Below, piece after piece: positions 26,232 to 37,849 of a stretch of 64,000 nt of DNA (position 1 is its first letter; each line of letters opens with the position of its first letter). Under the pieces are notes generated by a model, which saw only the letters and a list, made by a program, of their open reading frames with translations, was not told where the DNA came from and searched no databases. Where the stretch lies: positions 27,188,392 to 27,252,391 of the forward strand of contig NC_057746.1 of assembly GCF_004010195.1 (NCBI RefSeq), read 5' to 3'. The translations under genes and the position numbers were made by a program. Origin of the DNA: Chiloscyllium plagiosum. Taxonomy: Eukaryota.

Positions 26232-27308
26232 ATGGCGCCGAGAGAGGTCCTTCAGTTCCAGTTCCTCCACCACGAGTCGACGACCCTGAACAGGATGAAC
26301 CAACTCCGCGTGGAGGAACGTTTCTGCGATGTGACCGTGGTGACAGGCCAGCTGCGGTTCGCGGGGCACCGCGTGGTGCTGGCCGCGTGCTCGCCGTTCC
26401 TGCGCGACCAGTTCCTGCTGCAGCCGTCGCCAGAGGTGCGCGTGGCGCTGAGCGAGGGCACCGAGATGCTCTCCCGCCTGCTGCTCTCATGCTACACGGG
26501 CTCGCTCGACGTGCCCTGCGGGGAGGTGCTCAGCTACCTGACGGTGGCCAGCTACCTGCAGATGGACCACGTGGTGGAGGAGTGCAGGCGCGCACTCTCC
26601 ACGTGCATCGACCCCCGCATCAAGCTCGAGGACGACAGGGTGACCGTTGGGCCTCACGCTCGGGCCCAGGAGGCGTCCGAGACAACCGACGACGATGACG
26701 TTTACGTGGTCATCGAGGTGGACGGCCCGGCGGCGGCGGCGGAACCTTCTCGAAGCCAACCCAGCGACCCCCGGCAGGAGGCCCACCCCGAGCTCTCCGA
26801 GGCTGCCGAGGAGGAGGACGGCTCTGTGCTGATCGGTGGCAGGGGCTCCTCCTCCGATGAGGACAGCTCAGCGGCCGAGGAGAGCGGGCCCCCCCTGGGC
26901 CGCCCCGCCTGCCCTCGGCCCATTCACTGCAGCGTGTGTGCGCAGGCCTTCCAGCACCCGGAGCATCTGGTGGCCCACATGAAGGCCCACAAGCTCTTCA
27001 TGTGCCCCAGATGCGGCAAGGTGTTCCACCAGCGGGTCAACCTGGCCCGCCACATCCACGTGCACACCGGCATCAAGCCCTACCTCTGCACCGTCTGCGG
27101 CCGCACCTTCACCCAGAACCGATCGCTCAAGGACCACATGAACCTGCACAGCGGAGCCAGGCCTCACTGTTGCCACTACTGCCACATGAGCTTCGCCCAC
27201 AAGCCCGCCCTCCGCCGGCATCTCAAAGAGCAGCACAGCAAAACTACAGCTGACAACTGTAGGTTGGCCCTACTCGGCACGGCCAGCACCTACGCGGAGC
27301 CAGTGTAG
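26232..27308 (+). CDS. ZBTB12: ZBTB12-like protein A (BTB/POZ + 4 C2H2 zinc fingers), 358 aa
   Basis: Kozak ATG (GAGGCCATGG) 11 nt after a pyrimidine tract and CAG acceptor ending at 26220. BTB motifs [33 protein letters not shown]. Fingers FMCPRCGK...FAHKPALRRHLKEQHSKTT, typical of ZBTB12. Confidence 0.9.
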   Translation: MAPREVLQFQFLHHESTTLNRMNQLRVEERFCDVTVVTGQLRFAGHRVVLAACSPFLRDQFLLQPSPEVRVALSEGTEMLSRLLLSCYTGSLDVPCGEVLSYLTVASYLQMDHVVEECRRALSTCIDPRIKLEDDRVTVGPHARAQEASETTDDDDVYVVIEVDGPAAAAEPSRSQPSDPRQEAHPELSEAAEEEDGSVLIGGRGSSSDEDSSAAEESGPPLGRPACPRPIHCSVCAQAFQHPEHLVAHMKAHKLFMCPRCGKVFHQRVNLARHIHVHTGIKPYLCTVCGRTFTQNRSLKDHMNLHSGARPHCCHYCHMSFAHKPALRRHLKEQHSKTTADNCRLALLGTASTYAEPV

Positions 27309-27310
27309 AG

Positions 27311-27825
27311 GGACCCTTAATTCTGTACAGACCTGTCAGGTCCTTGCTGTGCACAGATCCATAAGGGTCTCCCTTGCTCTGTGCAGTCCCATCAGAATCT
27401 GCTTCACTCTGCACAGTCTCATCATGGTCTCCCTCGTTCTGCACAATCCCATCAGGGTATCCCTCACTCTGCACAGTCTCATCAGGGTCTCCTTCGCTCT
27501 GCATAGTCCCATCGGGACCTCCCTTGCTCTGCGCAGTCCCATCGATATCTCCCTCACTGTTTACTGCTGTTGAGATCTCCCTTGCTCATGCTGTCAGGTT
27601 CTCTCTCACTGGGTCTGGTGTCAAGGGCTCTCTCTGCAGATTCCCATTGGTTTCGCACTTGCTCTGTGGTTTCCATTGGTTTCTCTCTCACTGTGTGGTT
27701 CCCATTGGACTATCCCTCACTTTGTGTCATGGCCTTCATCACTGTGCAGGCTCCTTTAATCTGTGGTCACCCATTGGGGCCTCCCTCACTCTGTGGTCTC
27801 CTATTGGGGCTTCTGTCACTCTGAA
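27311..27825 (+). repeat. 30-bp minisatellite in the ZBTB-A 3' UTR
   Basis: About 8 clear units like ccctcactctgcacagtctcatcagggtct (27341-27560), decaying to about 27825. Confidence 0.9.
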
Positions 27826-29117
27826 TCTGGTGTTAGAACATAGAACATTACAGCGCAGTACAGGCCCTTTGGCCCTCGATGTTGCGCCGATCCAAGCCCA
27901 CCTAACCTATACTAACCCCACTATCCTCCATATACCTATCCAATGCCCGCTTAAATGCCCATAAAGAGGGAGAGGGAGAGTCCACCACTGTTGGGCTGTC
28001 CCTCACTGTAGGGGCTACTCTCAAGTTGTTCTCATGCGTAGAAAGCAGAAGACCAGAGAAAAGCTTTCCTTTCTACCTCCTTCCACAATCTTAGAATATG
28101 CCAAAGAGCTTTATAGCCAATGTTGAAATGTGGAAAAGCAGCAGACAATTCTGTGCATCACATGAGAATGAATGGACCATCTGTGTCTCATAATGGGATG
28201 TTTACTCACGCTTATATATTTTTGCCCAGGACACTGAGGATAGGTCCCCTGCTCTTTATCCTAACGGTCCAACAGAGTGGAATGATGTGGTTTTGGCTTA
28301 ACACCTCACGCAAAAGTTGGCATGAGCTCCTACAATGATTGTCCTTAAATGTAGAATAGTGTTTCAAAGTTTAGAAGTTCTTCTTAAGATGCCTGTTACA
28401 GTAGGAGCTACTTATGGGTGTGAATTTAATCCGTATATCTGTATATTAATTAACAATTGATTGTTGAATTGGTACTTTGTTAAATTACATTTTTTTAATT
28501 GTTGTAATCCTGGATGAGTATTTATGTCTTCCAAATTTGGGCTGTTTCCTTTTAGCACAGTTCAATACTTTTAATACAGATTCCCTCCATTTTGTTTTTC
28601 CCAATGTCCACAGGTTTTTCATGTTTTGCTCTTGGCTACTAATCCAAAGAGCTTGCATTCCAATTCAAGTGTGATATTTTCAGAATTTAACCTCCTGGTG
28701 TTTTAATTGTTTTATCATTAAAATTGAATGGGAATTGCCATCTGAAACCCACCCAGTTCGCTTATGTCTCCTCAGGGAAGAATTATAGAATCATGGAATG
28801 TTTACAACGCAGGAGCTCATTCAACCTATCATGTATGTAACAGCTTAAGGGATTCGCCTTCTGCCACTCTCCCTGCAACCCTGTATATTTTATTTCCTTT
28901 TTCAGATTATAATCCAATTGCTCTTTGAAAGCTACGACTCACCTTCTGTCTAACACAGTCTTGGTCATTCCTAATCCAAAACACTCACTTTATAAGTCTT
29001 TTTCTCTCCTGTCTCTGTTGTTCCTTTTACCAATTTCCTTAAACCAGTGCCCTCTTTTGTGATTATTTCAAAAGTGGGAACAGTTTCTTCCCCATCTGCT
29101 CTGTCCAGACATCTTAC

Positions 29118-29451
29118 AGATTAGATTAGATTAGATTAGATTAGATTACTTAGTGTGGAAACAGGCCCTTCGGCCCAACAAGTCCACACCGACCCGCCGA
29201 AGCGCAACCCACCCATACCCCTACATTTACCCCTTTAACCTAACACTACGGGCAATTTAGCATGGCCAATTCACCTGACCTGCACATCTTTGGACTGTGG
29301 GAGGAAACCGGAGCACCCGGAGGAAACCCACGCAGACACGGGGAGAATGTGCAAACTCCACACAGTCAGTCGCCTGAGTCGGGAATTGAACCCGGGTCTC
29401 TGGCGCTGTGAGGCAGCAGTGCTAACCACTGTGCCACCGTGCCGCCCACTA
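29118..29451 (-). mobile_element. HE1-type (V-SINE) tRNA-derived SINE, young full-length copy
   Basis: A box TGGCACAGTGG, B box GGTTCAATTCC, V-domain GTGTGGAGTTTGCACATTCTCCCCGTGTCTGCGTGGG, (TAATC)n tail; highly similar to the 53297 copy. Confidence 0.9.
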
Positions 29452-30809
29452 TTTTAATTTGCTCAATCAAATCTCCTCTCAACTTTGTCTTCATTGTAGA
29501 AACCTGTCTCAATTTACTAATCTACCTAGCTGAAATTGCCTATCCCAGGAACCATTCGGCGAATTTTACCTGCATCTTCTCAAATGCCTTCATATCTTTT
29601 TAAAAGTGTGGTCCTCAGAATTGGATGCAGTACACAGTTGAGGCCAAATAAGAGCTTTGTAAAGATTTATCAGTGCCCCTGTTATGACACCCATGACTTT
29701 GATTTCTTAACTACTTATGCCCAACTTTTCTGCCATGTGAAATTACATATGCACAAATATATCTAGGTCCCTATGCTACAGCAGCTACTTTAGTGTTGTA
29801 CCATTTTGTTCAATATAGTATCGCTATTTACCAAAATGGATCACTTCAGAATTCTCTACATAAAATTGCAAATGTCCCCATTGGTCTATTCTACCAATTT
29901 GTCTCTGGATTGTCACTTGACTCACAATCCAAAGGCCCAGACTCTAGTGTCAGCCATGAGTTCAAACCCACGCAGCACCTGGTGGAATGTTAATTCGGTC
30001 AATAATTCTTAAAAGTAAAGCTAATCTCAGTAACAGTGTCTTGAAACTACCATCATTTGTTGTAAAAACCCATCTGGTTCACTCATGCCATATAGAGAAG
30101 GACATGTAACACCCTGACCTTGACTGGCCCACATGTGACTCCAGATACATAATGTGGCTGAAGCTTAATTGCCCTCTAAAATGGCCCATCACGCTAATCA
30201 ATTTCAGGTTAGGGTAGGGGGGAACAAATGCCGGCCTTGCCACTGATAACCATTAAAAGAATAAAATATGTAACTGTCTGAGGGTTTTGTGGCACTGGAA
30301 GTGTCCCTATGTCTGAGAAAGAAGGCGTTGGTTCAAGTCTCGCCTACTCTAGAGGTGAATAATAACATCTCTTAACAAGTTAATTAGGAGATATCTATGA
30401 TCATCCATGTTCTTTTGAAATTCTACTCTGTCTTCAACATGTGCTATATTTCCAAGTTTCTCACAATCCAGAAATTTTGTAAGCATGCTATCCTTGCCCA
30501 ATTTGCATCTATATTTGACTTCAGGCTTATAACAAGGTGACCTCTTTCACTGCCCTATTAATTCACTTATCAAAAAGGCAGCCCACCAGCAATTTTCTCC
30601 AGGCTGGTAAATGGGAAAAGGGCTCTAAACACTGCCCTTGCAAGTCACACTTACATCTCAAGATGATATTTTTCTTTTATATGTATAGGATGTAGGCCCA
30701 GGTTACTCAGCATGTCATCATAGGACAATCCTCTCAACCCAAAGATCGATTTAGTGAATCTTCACTACTGTACCAATGCAAATATATCCTTCTTTAAATA
30801 GAGAGACCG

Positions 30810-31480
30810 AAACATAGAAAGTAGAAGCAGAAGAAGACCATTTTGGTCTTCAAGCCTGTCCAATACAATCAAGATTTGAAGGTGCTGGTGTTACACTGGG
30901 GTGAACAAAGTTAAAAATAACATAACACCAGGTTATAGTGCAACAGGTTTATTTGAAAGTATTTCAGACACCATCTCAAAGCCATATTCCCAATTTCTCA
31001 AATACCCCCGATGCCTTTAAAATCAAGAAATGTATCTCTTTCTTGAATTTATTCAGTAACTTGGCCTCCACAGCCTTTTGTGGTAAATCACTCCACAGAT
31101 TCACTACCAATGCAGTGAAGAAATCTTTCCTCCACTCAGTACTAAATGATATACCCTGTATCTTGAGGCTGTGTTCCCTGGTTCTAGACTCCACAACTGG
31201 GGGAACATCCTCCTGCATCTAGTTTCTCCAGCTCTGTTAGAATTGCAGACATTTCGATCAGATTCCTCCTCTTATCCTTCTAAACTTCAGTGAATAAAGG
31301 TCCCATCAAAGCAATCTCTCCTCAAAGAAGAATCCTACCATCTCCAGTATCAATCAAGTGAACCTACCCTGCACGCTCTATGGCTAGTATATCCTCTCTT
31401 TAGCAAGGAGACCAAAATTACATGCAATATTCCAGATTGTTCCAGCATAGCCTTTCAAATTAGCAGTAAGACATTCTTAC
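30810..31480 (-). mobile_element. CR1 3' fragment
   Basis: ORF remnant SRTREHSLKI..RKDFFT..VVNLWSDLPQKAVEA. Confidence 0.8.
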
Positions 31481-31659
31481 TTTAATGGGTACACAGAGTT
31501 GTACTCCAACTCATTGTTAGGTGCCTGCACCAACAAATCTGTTTGTTCATAAATTAATTATTAACTTCATAACCTGACAAAAGTCTTATGGTGTTATTCC
31601 TGCCTCTTAGTTAAAATATTAACATTGAGTTAAAAATCCCTCCCTAGAACTTGATTAGA

Positions 31660-31870
31660 GACAAAAACAACTGCAGATACTGGAATCCAAGGTGGACAAG
31701 CAGGAGGCTGAAAGAACACAGCAAGCCAGTCAGAATCAGGAGGTGGAAAAGTCGACTTTTCAGGTGTAACTCGTCTTCAGTCCTGAAGAAGGGTTATACC
31801 TGAAATGTCGACTTCTCCATCTCCTGATGCTGCCTGGCTTGCTGTGTTCTTCCACCCTGCTGCTTGATTA
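31660..31870. mobile_element. Palindromic Penelope-terminus element (different subfamily)
   Basis: Inverted arms gaacacagcaagccag / ctggcttgctgtgttc centred on cttcagtcctgaag. Confidence 0.7.
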
Positions 31871-32379
31871 CCCAAGAACTTGATACCTGATGGCCAAGGA
31901 GGGTGTGTTGATAGAATAGTTTAACTACCAGTCTGCAAATCTTGCCAGCTTTTACAATCTGGTGGTAAGAGTTGGAGAGTCTTCTGGTCAGCTTGATGCA
32001 TTTTACTTGTGCTTGAGGCTTCCTGCAAGTTATAGTCTCCTATGCCAGGTCATAAACATAATGACAAGGAGTAATAGTTTTTAACAATGGGGAAAGAGGA
32101 CCTTCAGTCAATTGTATCAATGCTAGTCATCAAACTCCATGTATTCTAAACCCATTATCCAATCGGCCTGTAGCCTTTTATCATAGGATATTTCAAGTGC
32201 TCATTTAATAGTTCTTAAGTGCCTCAAGGGTTCTTGCATCCACCATCCAAACAGGCAAAATATTTGGATACCCACAACCCTTGAAGTGAAAGAATTTCCT
32301 TCAAATCCCTTCTCAACCTCCTACTCTTTACCATAAAACTGTGCCCTCTGGTTTATGACCCCTCTATTCACAGAGTGGA

Positions 32380-32700
32380 CCCCCTACAGTGTGCAATCAA
32401 GCCATTCAGCCCATTAGGTCTACACCAACTCTCCAAAGAGCATCCCAGTCAGACCCATCCTTCTACCCTATCCCTGTAACCCTGCATTTTCAATGGCTAA
32501 TCCACCTAGCCTGCACATCTCTAGACGATGGGTAATTTAGCACGGACAATCCAACTGCATATTTTTGGATGGTGATGGTGAGAGGAAACATGCAAACGTG
32601 GAGAAAATGTGCAAACTCCACACAGCCCAAAGCTGGAATCGAACCCTGGTCCCTGGTGCTATAAGGCAGCAGTGCTAACCACTGAGCCACCATACTGCCC
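32380..32700 (-). mobile_element. HE1-type SINE
   Basis: Reverse V-SINE head and body. Confidence 0.75.
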
Positions 32701-33029
32701 TGGGCAAGGTTTGTCCCTGTCTACACCCCTCAGATCTTTGTCCACCTCAATTGGTTCTCAGTCAGACTTCTTTCCCCTCAGGAAAACAAGCCTATCCAAT
32801 CTCTCAGCCTGGAAGATTACGGAAGGTTGAAAGAGCATGGAGGCAGTGGACAGAATTAGTGTGCAGGGGATTCAAGAGTGGGAGGAGAGGAGATGGGCGG
32901 GAACACAGTGGAGGCAGATGGGTGAGAGTGGGGAAGTGTGGGAAGAAGGAATTAGGGGGTAGGAGGGCAGATGGAATGGGCAGAGAGGTGGAAAGAAGGA
33001 ATGGAGGCAGAGGAGAGGGAAGAAGGAAA

Positions 33030-33385
33030 ATGGATGGGAACAAGGAGTGGTGACAGGTGGGAACAAGGAATGGGACAGAGAGGTGGGAACAAGGAATGGG
33101 GCGGAGAGATGGGAACAAGGAATGGGGCGGAGAGATGGGAACAAGGAATGGGGCTGAGAAGGAGAAATGGGAACAAGAAATAGGGTCAGAGGAGCAGAAA
33201 AAAAGGAATGGGGTGGGAACAAGAAATGGGGTCAGAAGGGTGGGAACAAGGAATGGGGTCAGAAGGGCGGGAACAAAAAATAGGGTCAGAGGAGTGGGAA
33301 CAAGGAATGGGCAGAGGGGTAGGAAAAATCAATCGGGGTGGGAACAAGGAATGGGGTCAGAGGGGTGGGAAGAAGGAATGGATCG
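33030..33385 (+). repeat. About 26-bp purine-rich minisatellite upstream of ZBTB-B
   Basis: Repeated gggaacaaggaatgggg core. Confidence 0.9.
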
Positions 33386-33644
33386 GCAGGGTGGCAACGC
33401 AAGAGTGAACAGAGAGTAGGGAGGATTCCCTTTGAAAGACGCAGCGGTTGTTCGTCAGGGGGAAGATGCAAGTTCCTTGATCCCTGGGCAGCACAGAGCC
33501 CTCCCTCTCCGCGTGTGGAGTGTGAGTGGGGAGAACACGCTGAGGCTCCTCGGCCAACACCAGCCCCCACACCCCCGAAAGGCCATCACCAAAGCGGACT
33601 TCTCTGTCGAGTTGTCGCTGCTGCAGGCGGTGAAGCTGGAGGCG

Positions 33645-35114
33645 ATGGCCGACGGCGGGGGGAAGCTGCTGCGCTTCAGGTTCCCGGAGCACGACTCGAC
33701 GGCGCTGCGGAACATGGACGAGCTGCGGCGGGGCGAGTGGTTCTGCGACGTGACGGTGCTGGCGGGCGGCCTGCGGTTCCCGGGCCACCGGGTGGTGCTG
33801 GCCGCCTGCTCGCCGTTCCTGCGCGACCGCTTCCGCATGGAGCCGGCCCGCGAGGTCACCGTGCTGCCCGCCACCGCCGCCCCGCAGGCCGTGCTCCGCC
33901 TGCTGCTCGCCTGCTACACCGGCCGCCTCGAGTTCCCCTTCGCCGACATCCTCGACTACCTGACCGCCGCCAGCTGCCTGCAGATGGAGGACGTGGTCGA
34001 GCAGTGCCGCCGCTCGCTCTCGCCCTGCGTGGTGGCCGCCTCGCTGCTGCGGCTCGCCCAGGACGGGGGCGGCGGCGAGGCCGAGGACGGAGCGGGGCCT
34101 GCGGCCGCTGGAGGAGGCCTCCGCCCGGGCCGCTCCTCCGGAAACCCGCGCGTCGGAGCGGCTGCGAACCGGGCGGCGGAGAGACTCGAGGCCGAGGCCT
34201 CCCCCCTTCCTCCTCCCACCCAACCCCCTGGGACGACGGGGGCGGTGCGAGGCGTCGAACCGGTCAAACTCGAGGCCCAGGCTTCTCCACCACCACCTCC
34301 TCTCCTAGGCCCCGGTGACCGGGAGGCTCTCGCCGCCCCTCACCCGCCTCCTCCGCCCGCCGCCGATTACCTGGAGACGGAGGGCCGCGTCCACCGGAGG
34401 CCGGGGCTGGAGGTGGGCCAGGGGGAGGGAGGGGAGGAGGGGGGCGATGGCGGAGATGGGGAGGAGGACCGGGCCAAGGCCGAAGGGATGGTGGCCGAGG
34501 CCTACCCGCCGGGCACCGGGGCGGAGGAAGGAGGGGAGGAAGAGCCCGAGGACGACTACGAGAGCTCGGCCAGCGAGGAGTGCCGGGCCTCGGGGGGTTT
34601 CTACGGCGGAGGGGCGGCAGGGGGTTTCTACCAGCGGCCCGGGCTGGGAGAGGAACCGCAGGCCTCGGGCCTGGAGGAGGGCCCCGGGCCCGGTCCTGCT
34701 CCCGGAGCCGGGGGCTTGGCCGAGCCGCCCCTCCTGTGCTCGGAGTGCGGGGCCCCGTTCGAGCAGCGCAGCGGCCTGGCGGCCCACCTGCTGCTCCACA
34801 AGCTGTACATGTGCCCGCTCTGCGGCAAGCTCTTCAAGAAGAACGCGCGGCTGGCCCAGCACCTCAACGTGCACACCGGCTTCAAGCCGTACGGCTGCGC
34901 CGTCTGCGGCCGGGCCTTCACCCAGAACCGCTCGCTCAAGGACCACATGAACGTCCACAGCGGAGACTCGCCGCACAGCTGCGGCTACTGCGACATGCGC
35001 TTCACCCACTACAACACCCTGCGGGTCCACCTCCGGGACCAGCACGGCAAGACCACCAGCGGCAAGAACTCCGGGGAGCCCAGGCTGGCCGAGATCAACG
35101 TGGTAGTGCCCTAG
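33645..35114 (+). CDS. ZBTB12: ZBTB12-like protein B (BTB + 4 C2H2), 489 aa
   Basis: First ATG (GCGATGG) after a ctgctgcag acceptor ending at 33626. Intact BTB, acidic Gly/Pro linker, 4 fingers, C-terminus HGKTT..AEINVVVP. Confidence 0.88.
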   Translation: MADGGGKLLRFRFPEHDSTALRNMDELRRGEWFCDVTVLAGGLRFPGHRVVLAACSPFLRDRFRMEPAREVTVLPATAAPQAVLRLLLACYTGRLEFPFADILDYLTAASCLQMEDVVEQCRRSLSPCVVAASLLRLAQDGGGGEAEDGAGPAAAGGGLRPGRSSGNPRVGAAANRAAERLEAEASPLPPPTQPPGTTGAVRGVEPVKLEAQASPPPPPLLGPGDREALAAPHPPPPPAADYLETEGRVHRRPGLEVGQGEGGEEGGDGGDGEEDRAKAEGMVAEAYPPGTGAEEGGEEEPEDDYESSASEECRASGGFYGGGAAGGFYQRPGLGEEPQASGLEEGPGPGPAPGAGGLAEPPLLCSECGAPFEQRSGLAAHLLLHKLYMCPLCGKLFKKNARLAQHLNVHTGFKPYGCAVCGRAFTQNRSLKDHMNVHSGDSPHSCGYCDMRFTHYNTLRVHLRDQHGKTTSGKNSGEPRLAEINVVVP

Positions 35115-37199
35115 GTGGACGGGGGGTTCAGGGTGGCCCTGGGGTGATGGGAGCGAGGGAGGTGTGCTGTATGGGGCTGGGGGGTGCCCTCCCACGTAAG
35201 TGGGTGGGCAAGGCGTAGGGAGGGACGCGCAGGCATTGGAGTGGAGCACACGGTGGTGGGGTGGGCGGTGTATCCCTAGGGGTTGGGTTGGCATTAAGCA
35301 GAATAGGAGAAATGTAAATCTCTGGGGTGGTACGTCTGTTGGGCTTGATCCCTTGGGGAATGGGGAGGGTGTGTGTATGTAATCGGATCCCCAGAGGTGA
35401 ATGAGGTACTGTCTCTGGATCGTGAGTGAAAGGATCCTTCCAGAAGAATTGAGAGTGTTTGAAGAGTTCCCTATTATGTTGTTGGGGGAGTGGCAGGGTA
35501 ATAAGTAGAACAATTTGTGGGATGGCTGGGGTAAGGTAACACATTCTGATGATGGGTACTCCATACCAACCTTAAAACCTCAGCCCCTGCACACACGTGC
35601 AAATTCCACTCCAGATAACACACAGTTCCTCCTCCTTTTTGTAGTGCCCCTCGCGCCTGCCTCCTCCTCTCTCCATCTCAGAAGAGCTGCTGCTCTTCTC
35701 CCTCCCTCCACATTATATTCAACCTCACCTACAGTCTCTATCATATTCTCTGACCCCTATCCAATAAGATGTGGGAGCAAAGTAGGTCAATACTCCCCTT
35801 GCATCCACTCCACCATTCAATAAGATCATGGCCGATCTGACCTCACTTTCTCCATGGCCGATCTGATCATTCTTTCTGCATCTAGGTCAAGTTCTCAATT
35901 TTGTCAAGATCAAAGGAGCTACATCACCAGCAAACATGCCCTTGCAACTGGTTCCCTGGGGCTCTGAGGATAGAACCTCCATTTTACTGACTGTCCTTGA
36001 GGTCTTTGCCCTGGTCACTGAGGCTTTGCGACAAGATGATCAGCCAAATTCCAAATTGTACTACAGTCTGAGACATCAGACTGCAGAGCAGGAAGCCATT
36101 CACCTTTCATGGCTCTGCAGGTTCCTTGGTAATATGATTCAATTAATCAAACTCCCATCACTTTGTAAATATCATTTTCCCCTTCTGCTATTTGTCGAAT
36201 TTACAAAGATCATAGATCTCACATCATGGATGATGGTTCTTCAGCCAACTGTGTCAGCTGCTGTCTATCTAACATAATTCTACTCTCCAGCCTGGGGGCT
36301 ATAGCCCTGTAAGTTACAGCATGTTAAATGCAGATTGAAGTGCTTGTTAAATTTGATAGTCAAAATCTGTTATTGAATCTCTTTCCACTGCCCATCTGGG
36401 TAGTGTCTTGCAGATTGCTACCTGTAGTAATATTTCTCCTTGTCACCTCTGGGTTCTTCTGCTGATTAACTTGCTCCTATGCCCTCTAGTTTCCAACTCT
36501 TGTAACCAATGGAAACAGTTTCTCTGTGTTTGCTTTGATGAAACTATTAATGATTTTGAGCATCTCTCAATTTTGCACCTAATCTCCTTCCCCTACACCA
36601 AACCACCACCACCAAGAACAGTCCCAAGCGCTCCATATCCTTTAGCCCGGAACAATTTTTGGAGACCTGCACCTACCCCAACCCTAATGTCCTTTCTAAA
36701 GTGCTCCAAGGGTCCTGAACAGGACAAAGTATCCCAGCTGAGGCCTTGCCTATATTTTGTCCAGGTTTAGTTTAACCTCTGCTTTGTATTCTGCCAGTAT
36801 TTACGAAACTACGATTACTAAGTATTTGTAACACCAGTCATGGCTAGTTTTATATGCTGCTAAATCAATTCCCAATGAGAGCAGAATGATTAAAGGACCA
36901 GTGTAGCTTTCAAACCTTCTTGACTGTTCCCATCCCTGCTGAGAATGAGCTGTGACCTACCAAGCCACCCTTTAAGTCCATTAGAGAGCTTGTCTTTTCC
37001 ATCTCAGTAGAGTTTTATTACATGTAAAAAATAGAATGTATAGTTTTTAGATTGTGTTGTGGTTCATTTCAACTCTAAGGATAATATTGGTGTCAATCTT
37101 CAGCTGCTTGACAAATAAATATAAATTTCATAAATTCTCTCGTCTGATAAATTTGACATCAAGCATGCTTGCTAAACTCCTACATGGTGTTGAGGATGG

Positions 37200-37600
37200 T
37201 GTAGAAAATTAAGGGAATAAAATTATTAATCCCATAGACAGTGGTAACACAATTGTTACTGATCTCAAACATAAGGGCATAAATATTACTAATCTCAGGC
37301 ATGGTGGAAACAGGCTTGTTACTAATCTTTGACATTGATAACAATCCTGCACAATCTGAAACAGCAGGGAAGAACAGGATTATTACTAATCTTAGATAGA
37401 GCAGAATTGTTACAAATCCCCAAAAATAGAGAAGATAGCAATGTTGGTTAATTTAATTCATGGTGGAAATCTGATTTTTACACATCTCTAGACAATGAGG
37501 GCAAGATTGTGACTAATGCCAAAAATGGTGGGAACAAGATTGTAACTAATCTCAAATGGGGAGAGGGGCAGAATTACTATTCTCATAAATATTATTCATT
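37200..37600 (+). repeat. Degenerate about 31-bp repeat (attgttactaatctc core)
   Basis: Recurrent ttactaatct motif. Confidence 0.6.
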
Positions 37601-37849
37601 CTGCAAAGACATGAACTGAATCTAGTTTGAGTCCATAAATGGCAATTTTAACTTAACACTGACAAGCAAATGAGACAGCTATTATGACAGCTAAGACTTG
37701 CCATTTTACCAATGAAAGGAAGTTTATCAATTAATAATTACTAAAACACTGATTCGTGTGGGGATGTATAAAACATAGCTGGTAGGTTTGTTAGCTAAGA
37801 GTTTGTGAATCTGTGTGACTGTGGTATTTGTCAGCAGAAAACGGTTCGA

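Noticed and set aside
27244-27573. Decapeptide-repeat ORFs (VQSEGDPDET), or a CRISPR-like array
   Set aside because: Translation of a 30-bp minisatellite; no unique spacers; vertebrate DNA.
29370-29447. tRNA-like sequence with A and B boxes
   Set aside because: It is the head of an HE1 SINE, continuous with the SINE body; not a tRNA gene.
33432-33644. N-terminal extensions of the ZBTB-B ORF (and of ZBTB-A, 26172-26231) in the ORF track
   Set aside because: They start at TTG codons and run through pyrimidine tracts and acceptors; homology begins at the downstream ATG.
33338-35564. Long overlapping ORFs in other frames and strands over the ZBTB genes
   Set aside because: Expected shadow ORFs in very GC-rich coding DNA; no recognisable domains.
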